Shown here: piece by piece, positions 10,220-18,964 of the stretch
How the letters are laid out: the number at the start of each line of letters is the position of its first letter
Numbering within the stretch: the first letter of the stretch is position 1
NCBI GenBank assembly: GCA_965216875.1
Contig: OZ244207.1
Coordinates: 864,001 to 928,000, forward strand
Direction: 5' to 3'
DNA: 64,000 bases
Origin: Rubripirellula sp.
Lineage (GTDB): Bacteria; Planctomycetota; Planctomycetia; Pirellulales; Pirellulaceae
Notes under the pieces: model-generated
Databases searched by the model: none
What the model was told of the DNA's origin: nothing
Seen by the model: only the letters and a program-made list of their open reading frames with translations
Position numbers and translations under genes: made by a program

Positions 10220-11359
10220 ATGTCGACCCGACTTTCTAAATTTGTCGCCACCACGACTGTCGCCTCCTTTGCGAGCCTTTTCGCGTTTGTTGGCGTGATG
10301 CCCACGGCGGTTGCCGGGCCGCCCAAGCAAGCCGAAGTCGATCAAGCCGTCCAACGCGGCATCGAGTTTCTTCGCAGTCGCGGGCAAGCCGACAACGGTG
10401 CGTTCAGTCCCGAGACAGGTGCGGCCGTGACCGCGCTTTGCGTTCGCGCGATCCTCGAGCATCGACCGCAAGCAACCGCCGATCCGGTCGTCCAAAAAGC
10501 GCTCAAGTACATCGAGTCGATGATTCAACCGGATGGTGGGATCTATGCCCCCGGCTCTCGCTACCGCAACTACGAGACGTCCGTTTCGGTCGGAGCACTT
10601 CTGAAGGCGAATCAAGGGGGACGTTATGAAAGCGAGCTCAAACGGGCCGAAGCTTTCTTGAAAGATATCCAGTGGGACGAAGGCGAAGGGATCGAGTCAA
10701 CGGAAACCGCCTACGGAGGTGCCGGCTACGGCAAACACAAACGTCCCGACCTTTCCAACACGACCTTCTTGATCGATGCCTTGCATGAACTTGGCAACGA
10801 AGCCGACGACCCCGCGATCAAAAAGGCGTTGCAGTTCGTGGTGCGAACGCAGAACCTAAAAGGACAAGGCAACGACACCAAGCATGCCGAGATGATTGGT
10901 GATGGCGGCTTTTACTACACCCCCGCGGCGGGTGGCCAAAGCCAAGCGGGCGAAGACGCCAACGGCGGTTTGCGAAGTTACGGATCGATGACCTATGCCG
11001 GTCTCAAAAGCATGATCTACGCCGGTTTGACCGCAGATGACCCTCGCGTCGCGGCGGCAATGAAGTTCATTCGCAAGACGTACTCTTTGACCGACAACCC
11101 AGGCATGGGCCAATCGGGGTTGTACTACTACTACCACACCTTTGCGAAAGCGCTCGCGGCGGCCGAGGTCGAAGTGATTGACGATGCCGATGGCACGCCT
11201 CACGTTTGGCGAGATGATTTGACGCGAACGCTTCTCGATGCCCAGCAGTCGGATGGTTCGTGGGTCAATGGAAAAAGCGATCGCTGGCTGGAAGGTGACC
11301 GCCAATTGGTCACGGCCTATGCGTTGCTTTCTCTGGCCTACAGTCGCGCCGCCAACTGA
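10220..11359 (+). CDS. Exported prenyltransferase/squalene oxidase repeat protein
   Basis: Signal peptide; QW-like repeats Q.DNGAF, QPDGGIY, QQSDGSW; RPDLSNT and YGSMTYAGLKS motifs; ATG 10220 after a purine-rich leader. Confidence 0.85.
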   Translation: MSTRLSKFVATTTVASFASLFAFVGVMPTAVAGPPKQAEVDQAVQRGIEFLRSRGQADNGAFSPETGAAVTALCVRAILEHRPQATADPVVQKALKYIESMIQPDGGIYAPGSRYRNYETSVSVGALLKANQGGRYESELKRAEAFLKDIQWDEGEGIESTETAYGGAGYGKHKRPDLSNTTFLIDALHELGNEADDPAIKKALQFVVRTQNLKGQGNDTKHAEMIGDGGFYYTPAAGGQSQAGEDANGGLRSYGSMTYAGLKSMIYAGLTADDPRVAAAMKFIRKTYSLTDNPGMGQSGLYYYYHTFAKALAAAEVEVIDDADGTPHVWRDDLTRTLLDAQQSDGSWVNGKSDRWLEGDRQLVTAYALLSLAYSRAAN

Positions 11360-11458
11360 TCATCGATCTGGGGTAAACTGAGCGGCAGGGTTTTCTGCCG
11401 CTGATCGCCCACGTTTCAGCGGCGTTTGGTTCACCGCTGAAACGGTCAGGGTTGGTCG

Positions 11459-12625
11459 ATGAAAAAGCACATCAAGTTCGCGACGGTTTGCGTATTGTTT
11501 GCAGCAATCGTCGCGTGTGGTCCTTCGCTGTTCACACCGGTCACCTTGGCCGATGACCATGGTGGACAGGGTGATCCCAATGAAAAGTCAACTTGGGTCA
11601 CGTCGATCGCTCAAGTTGGGACGTCGGCCGAGTTTGTTGCGGCGACCGCTGATGGCCTTTTGCTTCGCGAAGCTGCGGTGGTTTCCTTTCAAGCAGCGGA
11701 TCCAACCGAGCTAAAACCGCTCTACACCCATCCCGCCGCCGTCTGGTGCGTCGACTCGACCGCTGATGGATCCCAGGTCGCCAGCGTCGACTATCGAGGC
11801 AACCTTGTTTTGTACGATGTGGCTCAGGCAAAGCCCTCGTTGCATGAAAAGGCACTCGAGCGTTGGTGCCAGGCGATGCAATTTGCGCCCGACGACAAAT
11901 CGATCGTTGCCGGCAACGAAGCAGGGAAGATTCTGATTTGGGATATCGCAACCGGCAAAGTCACCAAGACCGCAGAACTGGATGGGCATGCCGTCACTGG
12001 CATCGCCATTTCACCGGATGGTTCGCAGTTGGCTGCAAGTGATGGCGCCGGACATGTCCACCTTCTGAAATGGCCCGGGTTGGAAGCGGTGGGCGAAATC
12101 AAGACGGTCGATCAGCCCGCTTGGTGTGTCGCATTCAGCAATGACGGATCGAAACTTTTTGTGGGCAGCGCAGATCGCAACCTCTATCAATGCGACGCCA
12201 AAGCAGACGCGAAAGCTGAAAGCGTCGCAAAGGGCGCCGATTGGATCACCGAACTTGCTGTGTCGGCGTCTGGCCAAATCGCGGCGGGCGAAGTCGGGGG
12301 GCGGCTTCATTTTCCTTCACTCGGTGGCACCGATTCGATGGATGCAACAAGCGGCGTTTGGGCACTCTGCTGGAATGGGGACTCGCAGCTGTTTGCCGGA
12401 ACGCGTAAGGATGGCATCTTGATCGCGGGCCAAAGTTGGAAATGGACCGAGCCAGCACCACCCCAAGAAGAAACCGAGCAGGCCCCGGCAACTGAGTCGG
12501 CTGAAAAAGGGGACGGCGATGCGGCGGACGAAGTCGATGACGATGCGGAGGAGGATGATTCCGCTGACACGCCCGAAGCGAATGAGAAGCCCGAAGCCAG
12601 CGAGAAAGGTGGTGCGAAGGAATGA
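11459..12625 (+). CDS. Exported WD40-repeat protein with acidic tail
   Basis: Signal peptide; ILIWD, GHAVTGIAISPDGSQLA, VAFSNDG repeats. Confidence 0.87.
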   Translation: MKKHIKFATVCVLFAAIVACGPSLFTPVTLADDHGGQGDPNEKSTWVTSIAQVGTSAEFVAATADGLLLREAAVVSFQAADPTELKPLYTHPAAVWCVDSTADGSQVASVDYRGNLVLYDVAQAKPSLHEKALERWCQAMQFAPDDKSIVAGNEAGKILIWDIATGKVTKTAELDGHAVTGIAISPDGSQLAASDGAGHVHLLKWPGLEAVGEIKTVDQPAWCVAFSNDGSKLFVGSADRNLYQCDAKADAKAESVAKGADWITELAVSASGQIAAGEVGGRLHFPSLGGTDSMDATSGVWALCWNGDSQLFAGTRKDGILIAGQSWKWTEPAPPQEETEQAPATESAEKGDGDAADEVDDDAEEDDSADTPEANEKPEASEKGGAKE

Positions 12626-13545
12626 TTGAATCTGGCGGAGCTGCTGGTTCATCGCGTGATGCTACGGACAAGAGCGAATCAAAGTCGCTTGAGTATGTTG
12701 TGCGTTGTGGATCGATGCGCATCCTGGGCGTGATGTCGGCGCGATCGCAGTATCGATACGGCGATGAAGTGGTGGTGCGGACCGATCGCGGTACCGAGAT
12801 CGGCACGGTCTTGTGTGAAGCGACGCCGGTTGCGGTTGGGTTTATGGACGAACCAACGCACGGCCGGATCGTTCGCAGCGTTTCGGATGATGACCGCGAT
12901 CAATGGAGCGAACTCGGCGACAAGACTTCGGAAGACATGAAGGTCTGCCAGAAGTGGGTCGACACTTTGCGTTTGGACATGCAGCTTGTCGATGTCGAGA
13001 GGATCTTGGGCGGTGAGCGAGTGGTCGTCTATTTTCTCGCCGACCAACGCGTCGACTTTCGCCAACTGGTTCGCGACTTGGCTAAAGAATTCCATACACG
13101 GATCGAGATGCGGCAGATTGGCGTGCGAGACGAAGCGAAATTGCTCGCTGACTACGGCGACTGCGGACAGCCGATTTGCTGTGCGACCCATTTGAGCAAG
13201 ATGCCGCCGGTTTCGATGAAGATGGCCAAGGTCCAGAAGGCGACGCTCGACCCTACGAAAATCTCCGGACGCTGCGGTCGGCTAAAATGTTGTTTGCGGT
13301 ACGAGTTTGATACGTACCAGTCACTGGCGGCGGAGCTTCCCGACATCGGCACAAGTGTCCTCACGCGGGACGGAACGGCCTCGGTCGTCGGGCAAGACAT
13401 TTTGTCGGGGCACTTGACCGTCAAGACCGAAGACAATCGCCGGGTGATGATTCATCGTGACGACATCGTACGTGTGCTAGAGGACACAAAGCCATCGCGG
13501 CCCAAGAAAAAGCGAAACAGGAAATCCAACCCCGGTTCCGAATAA
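12622..13545 (+). CDS. PSP1-domain protein, RicT/YaaT family (Fe-S)
   Basis: RVDFRQLVRDLA..F.TRIEMRQIGVRDEAK, CGQPICC, ISGRCGRLKCCLRYE motifs; ATGA overlap with the upstream gene. Confidence 0.92.
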   Translation: MIESGGAAGSSRDATDKSESKSLEYVVRCGSMRILGVMSARSQYRYGDEVVVRTDRGTEIGTVLCEATPVAVGFMDEPTHGRIVRSVSDDDRDQWSELGDKTSEDMKVCQKWVDTLRLDMQLVDVERILGGERVVVYFLADQRVDFRQLVRDLAKEFHTRIEMRQIGVRDEAKLLADYGDCGQPICCATHLSKMPPVSMKMAKVQKATLDPTKISGRCGRLKCCLRYEFDTYQSLAAELPDIGTSVLTRDGTASVVGQDILSGHLTVKTEDNRRVMIHRDDIVRVLEDTKPSRPKKKRNRKSNPGSE

Positions 13546-13653
13546 TCGGTCCGAATCGAAACGATTGGCGAGTTGCGGACAGTCCAATAGACAGGCCTCC
13601 CTTTCCTGTGGACAATCTGCCCAGTCACTCACAATCCACCCCGCGAGCAAGTC

Positions 13654-14082
13654 ATGAATTCGCCGTTGCAAGCGATGCGAGATCTACTGGACGAGGATCG
13701 GCGGTTTAAGCTGGAAGCGTACCAGTTCATCCGCGAATCGCTTCAATATGCCCACGAGAACTTGAATCTGGTCGATTCCGAAGCGAACCCACCCGCTCAG
13801 GCGTCGCCTGATCAACCCAACGCAAAGCACGTTACCGGGCAACAACTTTGCGAAGCTTGTCGCCAATATGCGATCGACCAATATGGCTATCTGTCAAAGA
13901 TTGTGTTGGCAAGCTGGGGGATTCAGACGACGAGCGATTTCGGCGAATTGGTTTACAATCTGATTCGCATCGACCAGATGCGTAAAAGCGAAAACGATCG
14001 CCGAGAGGATTTTGATGACGTCTACTCCTTTGATGATGCCTTCGAGCCCGAGTTTGAATTCGTCGCTCGCGACGAAGACTGA
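13654..14082 (+). CDS. Minf_1886-family (Planctomycetes/Verrucomicrobia-restricted) protein
   Basis: D.RF..EAYQF, HVTGQQLC, WGI.TT.DFGELVYNLI, D.REDFDDVY.F motifs. Confidence 0.8.
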   Translation: MNSPLQAMRDLLDEDRRFKLEAYQFIRESLQYAHENLNLVDSEANPPAQASPDQPNAKHVTGQQLCEACRQYAIDQYGYLSKIVLASWGIQTTSDFGELVYNLIRIDQMRKSENDRREDFDDVYSFDDAFEPEFEFVARDED

Positions 14083-14932
14083 ACCGCGAAACGCAAGCCG
14101 TCGATATGACACCTTTTGGGCGGCGCTCATCACACTCACGCTCGTCGCCGTAGTCACGCCAGCTCTCTCGGCGCAACCACCCTACGCGCCAGCGTCGACG
14201 ACTGCTGAGGCCGAAACCACGACCGTTGCCGACGGGCCCGGGGATCGACCTCGCCCCGAAAACGAAAAGGCCCGCAAGACCTACATGGGACGGATCGTCG
14301 CCATGCCGATGTCGCATCGCGGCGCTGGCTGGCTGATTCGCGACAACCGCGATGACGAAGAGCGGGCCTCACGTTCCTTTGTTGAACTCAAGCTGACCGA
14401 AGGGATGACGGTTTGCGACCTTGGATGTGGCAACGGCTATTGGACCCTTCCGATGGCAAAGAAAGTTGGCGTTGATGGCCGCGTGCTCGCTGTCGACATC
14501 CAACGTGAGATGCTGCAAAAGCTGAACGTCCGCGCGAATCGAGTGAAGATAGAGAACATCGAACCCATTTTGGGAAAGATCGATGACCCTCGGCTTCCAG
14601 CAGGCGAAGTCGACCTGCTGTTGATGGTTGACGTCTATCACGAGTTTTCGCATCCCGAATCGATGCTCTGGGGGATTCGCAACAGTCTCAAACCAGAGGG
14701 GGTGGTCGCCCTGCTGGAGTACCGCAAAGAAGACCCGACCGTGCCAATCAAAGAACTGCACAAAATGTCGAAGGTGCAGATCATGAAAGAGTACAAAGCG
14801 AATGGATTCAAGCTTGTGCGTGAATTCAACGAGTTGCCGTGGCAGCACCTGATGTTCTTCGCACGTGACGACAGCCCACTCGAGGAAATTGAGCCGGTTC
14901 CCACGCAACAAGTGCTCGACAATTTGAAGTAA
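14012..14932 (+). CDS. Class I SAM-dependent methyltransferase with N-terminal signal/TM
   Basis: VCDLGCGNGY, AVDIQ, VDVYHE, LKPEG motifs; start uncertain because it overlaps the upstream gene. Confidence 0.88.
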   Translation: MMTSTPLMMPSSPSLNSSLATKTEPRNASRRYDTFWAALITLTLVAVVTPALSAQPPYAPASTTAEAETTTVADGPGDRPRPENEKARKTYMGRIVAMPMSHRGAGWLIRDNRDDEERASRSFVELKLTEGMTVCDLGCGNGYWTLPMAKKVGVDGRVLAVDIQREMLQKLNVRANRVKIENIEPILGKIDDPRLPAGEVDLLLMVDVYHEFSHPESMLWGIRNSLKPEGVVALLEYRKEDPTVPIKELHKMSKVQIMKEYKANGFKLVREFNELPWQHLMFFARDDSPLEEIEPVPTQQVLDNLK

Positions 14933-15062
14933 ACTCTGCTCCCAGAGTTTCAAGCACGTCGTTGGCGGATGACGAGTCTGTTACTGCCCGCCCGCCTGTA
15001 GAATGTGCAACCATCGCGCCGAAGGACTTCGGCTCCCAATCCATCTGCAGGGATCCCACCGC

Positions 15063-16352
15063 ATGCTAACGACCATCCGCTTGAACATCATGATGTTCCT
15101 CCAGTTCTTTGTCTGGGGAGCTTTCTTTGTTCCGCTCGGTGGCTACTTGAGCGAGATCTTTGGCAACGAAGAGAACCTCAACAAAATCATTGGCGACGTT
15201 TATTCAACGCAAACATGGGCCGCCGTCTTTGCGCCGGTCATCGTGGGGTTTGTCGCCGATCGCCTGTTCAACAAAGAACTTGTCAACGGTGTGCTTCATC
15301 TGCTTGGCGCAGTGATGTTGTGGTGGTGTAGCGGAATTACCGATTCAACCAGTCAGTTTTACTGGGTGATGATGGCGTTCTTCCTCTGTTACATGCCAAC
15401 ACTCGCGCTCGTCAACGCGATCACCTTTCAGAATGTCGACTCGATCGAAAACGACTTTCCAAAGATTCGACTTTGGGGAACGATTGGTTGGATCGTTTCG
15501 GGGCTGGTCGTTTCGCAGTCGATGTTTGGTTTGTTCAATATTCCGGTGTTGCCCGGCATCGAAGACGCTGGCAAGACCGCTGTGCCACTAAAGATCTCGG
15601 CGATTGTCAGTCTGTTCTACGGAATCTACAGCTTTACGTTGCCAAAGTCGCCGCCGCAAGGACGCGATCAGCCGATCAGTATTGCCAAGATCTTCGGCCT
15701 CGATGCCGTGCGACTGTTCGCCAATCCGCACTACCTGATCTTCGCCATTTGTTCGTTCCTGATCTGCATTCCGCTCGCTTTCTACTACGCTCGCACCTAC
15801 GACTTCGTTGAAAAGATGGCCTTTGGCAGTTCCTCTGCTGGTGTGATGGCGCTCGGTCAAGTTTCGGAGATCTTCTTCATGGCCTTGGTGCCATTTTTCC
15901 TTTCGCGTCTGGGCGTGAAGTGGATGCTGCTGGTCGGGATGTTGGCTTGGGCATTGCGATATGCCTTGTTCGGTTTGATGCCTTCCACCGGAGCGATGCT
16001 TGTGCTCGGAATCGTGTTGCATGGGATCTGCTACGACTTCTTCTTTGTCACCGGCCAGCTCTACACTGACCGCATTGCACCGCGGGAGATTCGCACGAGT
16101 GCCCAGGCGCTGCTTGGCCTATTGACCTATGGTGCCGGCATGTTGGTCGGCAACTTGATTCACGGTCCATGGGGTGACTACATCGAGCTTGACCCAACGA
16201 CGGCTGAGGGATGGGAGGCCGGAGCGATGAAGTTCTGGTTGATGCCCGCCGGACTCGCTGTGATGGTCGCCGTGTTGTTCTTCCTCACTTTCTGGGACAG
16301 ATCAGCCGCCGCCAAAGGGGGCGCGATGGAAGAACCCGAGACCGAGTTGTAG
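15063..16352 (+). CDS. MFS nucleoside:H+ symporter (NupG/XapB-like)
   Basis: MMFLQFFVWGA, G.VADR, CYMPT.AL.N, FP.IRLWGTIGW, LGQVSEIFFM, HGICYDFFFV motifs. Confidence 0.9.
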   Translation: MLTTIRLNIMMFLQFFVWGAFFVPLGGYLSEIFGNEENLNKIIGDVYSTQTWAAVFAPVIVGFVADRLFNKELVNGVLHLLGAVMLWWCSGITDSTSQFYWVMMAFFLCYMPTLALVNAITFQNVDSIENDFPKIRLWGTIGWIVSGLVVSQSMFGLFNIPVLPGIEDAGKTAVPLKISAIVSLFYGIYSFTLPKSPPQGRDQPISIAKIFGLDAVRLFANPHYLIFAICSFLICIPLAFYYARTYDFVEKMAFGSSSAGVMALGQVSEIFFMALVPFFLSRLGVKWMLLVGMLAWALRYALFGLMPSTGAMLVLGIVLHGICYDFFFVTGQLYTDRIAPREIRTSAQALLGLLTYGAGMLVGNLIHGPWGDYIELDPTTAEGWEAGAMKFWLMPAGLAVMVAVLFFLTFWDRSAAAKGGAMEEPETEL

Positions 16353-16369
16353 TTCGTAGGGCGTTACGA

Positions 16370-16579
16370 GTAGGCCGGATCAAGGAGCGACAGCGGCGCA
16401 GATCCGGCATCATTTATTTGTAGATGTCATTGCGCATCGCGACGAAATCGGTCGGGCCCGAGGCGTCAATTCAACGTTGCGGGGGCATGTTTGGGACCCT
16501 GCCGGATCTGTGTCGCTGTCGCTCCTTGATCCGGCCTACGCCCCATAATCCGGCCTACGCCCTATAATCCGGCCTACGC
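16370..16579. repeat. Inverted pair of 40-bp GTAG-type REP sequences (REPIN-like) plus 3 x 19-bp tandem end duplications
   Basis: GTAGGCCGGATCAAGGAGCGACAGCGGCGCAGATCCGGCA at 16370-16409; inverted copy at 16500-16539 (2 mismatches); ATCCGGCCTACGC at 16529, 16548, 16567. Confidence 0.9.
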
Positions 16580-17605
16580 AAGTTCCGCGGCTTGGCTGAT
16601 CAAGCCGTCGACATCGGCTTCGGTGGTGGCCCAGGAGCACATCAGACGCGAAGTCCCTACACCGATGAAGTCGTAAAACTTCCAACCTGCCTCACGCAGC
16701 CGATCGGCGACGCCATCGGGGAATTCAACGAACACGGCGTTCGATTCGACGGGGGCGACGATTCGCGTTGCCGGAATTTTTGAAAGCCCATCGGACAAAC
16801 GTTTGGCCATCGCGTTGGCATGCCGGGCATTGCTCAGCCATGCGCCGGTTTCGAGCATCGTCACCCACGGGGCCGAAAGGTAACGCATTTTCGACGCGAG
16901 CTGTCCCGCCTGTTTGCAGCGGAATTCGAACTCTTGGGCCAGTTCGCGATTGAAAAAGATGACGCAATCACCGACGGCCATGCCATTCTTGGTTCCGCCC
17001 ATGCAAAGAACATCGACGCCGCGTTTCCATGTCACTTCCTTGGGAGCCACATCGAGTGTCGCCATCGCGTTGGCGAATCGAGCACCATCCATGTGCAGAT
17101 TCAAACCCAAGCGTTGTTTTGTTTCGTGCACTCGGTCGAGCGATGCGCGATCGTAAACGGTGCCAAGTTCCGTCGACTGAGTGATGCTGAGGACTTTCGT
17201 TTTAGGGAAGTGAATGTCACAGCGTTTTTTCGCGATCGCTTCGACTTGATCGGTATCAACACGGCCATGATCGCCTTGGACCAACAGGAGCTTTGTCCCG
17301 TTGGAATAGAACTCGGGACCGCCGCACTCGTCGGTTTCGATGTGGGCCAGCTCGTGAGCGATCACGCTGTGGTACGACTGGCACATCGCGGCGAGGGCAA
17401 GTGAATTCGCGGCCGTGCCGTTGAATGTGAAAAAGACATCGCAGCCGACTTCGAATAAATCGCGAAGCAAATCGGCCGCCTTATGCGTCCATTGATCGTC
17501 GCCGTAGGGTGATGCTGCGTTGCCGTTCGCTTCGTTGAGTGCCTGCCAAGCTTCCGGGCAAATGCCGGAGGTGTTGTCGCTGGCAAATTGACAACCTGGT
17601 TCCAT
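16574..17605 (-). CDS. ltaE: Low-specificity L-threonine aldolase
   Basis: FASDN, YGDD, NGTAAN, HIETDECG, HMDGARFANA, GGTKNG (PLP Lys), QLASKMR motifs. Confidence 0.92.
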   Translation of the reverse strand: MEPGCQFASDNTSGICPEAWQALNEANGNAASPYGDDQWTHKAADLLRDLFEVGCDVFFTFNGTAANSLALAAMCQSYHSVIAHELAHIETDECGGPEFYSNGTKLLLVQGDHGRVDTDQVEAIAKKRCDIHFPKTKVLSITQSTELGTVYDRASLDRVHETKQRLGLNLHMDGARFANAMATLDVAPKEVTWKRGVDVLCMGGTKNGMAVGDCVIFFNRELAQEFEFRCKQAGQLASKMRYLSAPWVTMLETGAWLSNARHANAMAKRLSDGLSKIPATRIVAPVESNAVFVEFPDGVADRLREAGWKFYDFIGVGTSRLMCSWATTEADVDGLISQAAELA

Positions 17606-17648
17606 CTGTTTCCGCCAAACAAGTGAGTGGTGCCGTGAAGGGTAAAAA

Positions 17649-18869
17649 TCAATCTGCTTGGCGAGCAAGTTCGTTAGTCGCTTCAGCAAATCGCTTACCG
17701 ATTTTGGCAAAGATTTTGGCGCAGCCTAGGTAGTGGAATTCAAAATTTGAAACGGCCGTCTCGAGGATCTTGAGTTCTCGTTCGTCAAACTCCTCGCTCC
17801 GCATCTGTTTCTGTCTGGTGGCTAACTCCTGGCGGCTCCATTTGCCCTCATTTTCGAGGCGTTTGATCTCCTGTTTGATCTTCGCTTCGCGCTGACGCAG
17901 CGCCGTCACTTCCATGTCCCAGCATTCTTCGGTCGGCACGGCGATCACGTTGCCGCGAAACTCGGGCAAACGGGCGGGAGCGGCCATTGCGTCGCGGAAG
18001 TTTTGATGGACCGATGCGTATCGTTTCTGCCCGTCGCCGTATTTTGCGACAGGCCCGCCTGCTCCCATGACGCCAATCACGAAGGGCAGTTCTGGCGCAT
18101 CCAAATCCTTGCGCACGTCGCGGATAAAGTGTGTCAGTACCTTGCTGTAGTCGTCATAGCCGCCCGGCTGGTCTCGCGTTGGGTAGACGCCCCGATCGAC
18201 CATGTCGTTCCAGCCCTGGAACCAAACAAACCCGGCGAGTTCATAGCCCAGCTTTTCGTCGTAATCAGGCTTCACTCGCGTGATGTCGGCCAATACCGTT
18301 TTGACGTGGTCGGTCATCAAGCGGTAGTAGTGCCCGGTCGCTTCTTTGCGTTCGGCTTTGATTTGGTCGATGTCTTTATTCTGTTTGCGAAAGTTCGCGA
18401 GTTGGTCTTCGTTGAAGACGTAGGGGCCAGCACTCGGAGGACGAAAATCGGTATGCAGACTCTTGCCGCCCCACGCTGTTTTGATGATCAAGATCGGCTC
18501 GTCGACAAGTCGTTGCATGTAAATGCCAAACGTGAATTCAGGACCGATTTTGGGGCCGTTTTTCTCGGCACCAAAGCCCGCGGTCAGCTTGCCGGTTTTT
18601 TCTTGGTCTGCCGATCCGATCGAAGTGATCCAGACGTTCTCGCAGACGGATGGCGTCCCGTCATCGTCGGTCATCGCATCGAGCAAGGGAGCTGTTTCGG
18701 GGTCCATGCCGATGTGAGCGAAGGTGCGAATGTGGGCGTGCCCCTGCATGTTCGATTGACCAGCAAGGATGTAAACCTTGAGCGGCGAGTCGGCTCGGGC
18801 GGCTGAGGTGCCAAAGAAGCAGAACGCACAAGCAAGGAAGAGGCGGTACGAGCGGGGTGAATGAGGCAT
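17649..18869 (-). CDS. Sialate O-acetylesterase-like (SASA/SGNH) exported esterase
   Basis: ILAGQSNMQG, GPEFTFG, IKTAWGGKSL, WFQGWND, FHY motifs; signal peptide. Confidence 0.88.
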   Translation of the reverse strand: MPHSPRSYRLFLACAFCFFGTSAARADSPLKVYILAGQSNMQGHAHIRTFAHIGMDPETAPLLDAMTDDDGTPSVCENVWITSIGSADQEKTGKLTAGFGAEKNGPKIGPEFTFGIYMQRLVDEPILIIKTAWGGKSLHTDFRPPSAGPYVFNEDQLANFRKQNKDIDQIKAERKEATGHYYRLMTDHVKTVLADITRVKPDYDEKLGYELAGFVWFQGWNDMVDRGVYPTRDQPGGYDDYSKVLTHFIRDVRKDLDAPELPFVIGVMGAGGPVAKYGDGQKRYASVHQNFRDAMAAPARLPEFRGNVIAVPTEECWDMEVTALRQREAKIKQEIKRLENEGKWSRQELATRQKQMRSEEFDERELKILETAVSNFEFHYLGCAKIFAKIGKRFAEATNELARQAD

Positions 18870-18964
18870 GGTGGCGACCGGGGATGGAGGAGGGGAAAGG
18901 AAGGCCGAGCCATTCTAGGTCAACCGACAACGCGAAGGTGGTGCTGTTTATTTGCAAAGCACGT

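Noticed and set aside
10220..11359. Squalene-hopene cyclase
   Set aside because: Only about 380 aa, has a signal peptide and lacks the DxDD catalytic motif (RPDLSNT instead).
16529..16579. CRISPR array
   Set aside because: Period is only 19 bp with no unique spacers and no cas genes; explained as REP end duplication.
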